Virus record (IMG/VR): IMGVR_UViG_638341087_000002
Length of the DNA stretch: 26,225 bases
Origin: a virus
Taxonomy: Duplodnaviria > Heunggongvirae > Uroviricota > Caudoviricetes
Strand: one strand, 5' to 3'
Shown here piece by piece: positions 25,203 to 26,225 of the stretch; within the stretch, counting starts at the first letter, position 1; every line of letters starts with the position of its first letter. The position numbers and the translations under genes are program-made. Below the pieces are notes generated by a model. The model saw only the letters and a program-made list of their open reading frames with translations, was not told the origin of the DNA and did not search any database.

Positions 25203-25916
25203 TCAATAATCAAGCCCTTGCCTGGATACATATCTGTCTGGCGGGAAGCCATAATAGCGGTGAAATACAGAAATAAAGTAGGACCTGCTTGAATAACCGC
25301 ATTTTTCTGCTATAGCCTGTCCATATCCATGCCGGGAACATAACATATTTACAGCAACACGCATCCGCTCTTCCAGCAACAAGCGACTGAACATGCCCCC
25401 TTCATTTTTCAGTTTTGTCTTTAACAAACTCTCACTCATATGCAACTGTAGAGCAATCGCACCAAGCGTCCAGCTTGCTGATATATCTGTCTGAATTATC
25501 GCCCTGACTTTGGCACTTATGCTGGATAAACATCCACTTAAAAACAATGACATCCGTTCATCTGTTTCAAACAGAGACAGGCAGGCCATCATAAGAAACA
25601 TATCCGTGGCCTCTCCGGAAAATCCCTGGCTGGTAATTAAAGCCGCAGCCAACGCAGGATTGTTGGGTTCCAGCAACAGGTAAAGCGGAATGTCAGTCAG
25701 ACGAGTCCTCGTCAGCTTATGCTGACTTTCCAGATATTGACTTACGACGGATTCGCTTATATCGACAATTTTAACTTTGCCATAATGCATAAGGAAAAGC
25801 TCCCTGATGCATTTGGTGGCCAGAACGACTGAGCCTGGCTTAAGTGACAACGTATCCTTTTCAAGAAAAATATTAATTGGGGAGCAAACCATGATAACTG
25901 AACAGACAACAGCCAT
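25203..25916 (-). CDS. AraC/XylS-family transcriptional regulator (prophage cargo gene)
   Basis: 237-aa ORF with C-terminal AraC-type double HTH (WTLGAIALQLHMSESLLKTKLKNEGGMFSRLL.EERMRVAVNMLCSRHGYGQAIAEKCGYSSRSYFISVFHRYYGFPPDRY). Start uncertain (Met1 at 25916 or Met9 at 25892; neither has a strong SD). Confidence 0.8.
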   Translation of the reverse strand: MAVVCSVIMVCSPINIFLEKDTLSLKPGSVVLATKCIRELFLMHYGKVKIVDISESVVSQYLESQHKLTRTRLTDIPLYLLLEPNNPALAAALITSQGFSGEATDMFLMMACLSLFETDERMSLFLSGCLSSISAKVRAIIQTDISASWTLGAIALQLHMSESLLKTKLKNEGGMFSRLLLEERMRVAVNMLCSRHGYGQAIAEKCGYSSRSYFISVFHRYYGFPPDRYVSRQGLDY

Positions 25917-25945
25917 TATAATTTTACTTTCATTAGCAATTGGTT

Positions 25946-25990
25946 AGCTCAATTATAGCCCCAAAAGGTAAATTATCATCAACACATAAG
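25946..25990 (-). promoter_or_regulatory. Candidate sigma70 promoter upstream of the AraC-like gene (possible late-promoter equivalent)
   Basis: Perfect -10 TATAAT on the minus strand (plus 25952-25957) 36 nt upstream of the AraC-like ATG; weak -35 candidates (TTGATG/TGATGA) 17-19 nt upstream. Confidence 0.35.
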
Positions 25991-26035
25991 CAAAGGACTG
26001 ACAGGTGTCGCCCCCCCCACCAGCCGCCCATTCAC

Positions 26036-26065
26036 CACAAATAAAAAGCCTTCAGGACTGAAGGC
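26036..26065 (-). terminator. Hairpin plus U-tract overlapping the stop codon of the Q-like ORF
   Basis: Minus strand GCCUUCAG-UC-CUGAAGGC (stop codon inside) followed by UUUUUAUUU. Confidence 0.45.
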
Positions 26066-26225
26066 GTCTGTAACAACCGCACTGATAGTCTGCCAGACCC
26101 GCCATAACAAGCTGGGTCAGTATTAACTGGCAGCGTTCGCGTGAAAGGTAAGTATTCTGCGCAACCTCCCCGACTGTCGCCGGTTCGGTAACGCTTAATT
26201 CATTAAACACCACTCTGGCGGTTTC
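26052..26225 (-). CDS. Probable late-gene antiterminator Q, C-terminal 57 codons (5' part outside the window)
   Basis: Open frame to the window edge ending ...SVTEPATVGEVAQNTYLSRERCQLILTQLVMAGLADYQCGCYRRLQS; assignment rests mainly on position (upstream of the tRNA cluster and lysis genes) and Cys-rich C-terminus; I do not recognise the sequence confidently. Confidence 0.35.
   Translation of the reverse strand, partial: ETARVVFNELSVTEPATVGEVAQNTYLSRERCQLILTQLVMAGLADYQCGCYRRLQS

Noticed and set aside
1-26225. CRISPR arrays, insertion sequences, integrase or attachment sites
   Set aside because: No regularly spaced direct repeats, no transposase-like or integrase-like ORFs and no recognisable att core; the window covers only the late region, so integration functions are expected outside it.

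Overview
The window is almost the entire late region (lysis plus virion morphogenesis) of a lambdoid prophage from an E. coli/Shigella-type host. Every gene I can support is on the minus strand, so the biological order runs from high to low coordinates: 3' end of a probable Q antiterminator (26052-26225), an AraC-family regulator, three tRNAs (Ile-CAU, Arg-UCG, Arg-UCU), a TerB-like gene with an overlapping small two-TM ORF, a NanS-p-type sialate O-acetylesterase, two small ORFs, a pinholin / SAR-endolysin / Rz / Rz1 lysis cassette, a 74-aa ORF, a candidate cos region, terminase small and large subunits, gpW-like protein, portal, a fused protease-scaffold-major capsid protein, DUF2190 protein, FII-like protein, then a lambda-like tail module (Z, U, V, G/G-T with -1 frameshift, H, M, L, K, I, J), lom, and the 5' end of stf. 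The Q-to-lysis segment is laid out like a Shiga-toxin phage late region, but I find no stx genes; the TerB-like module sits where stx would be. Protein identifications are from my own recognition of the translated ORFs against remembered lambda, phage 21 and 933W proteins, not from any search. Coordinates of CDSs follow the supplied ORF track; hairpins, tRNAs and motifs were indexed by hand and may be off by 1-2 nt. The sequence contains 10 ambiguous bases (in K and nanS-p).
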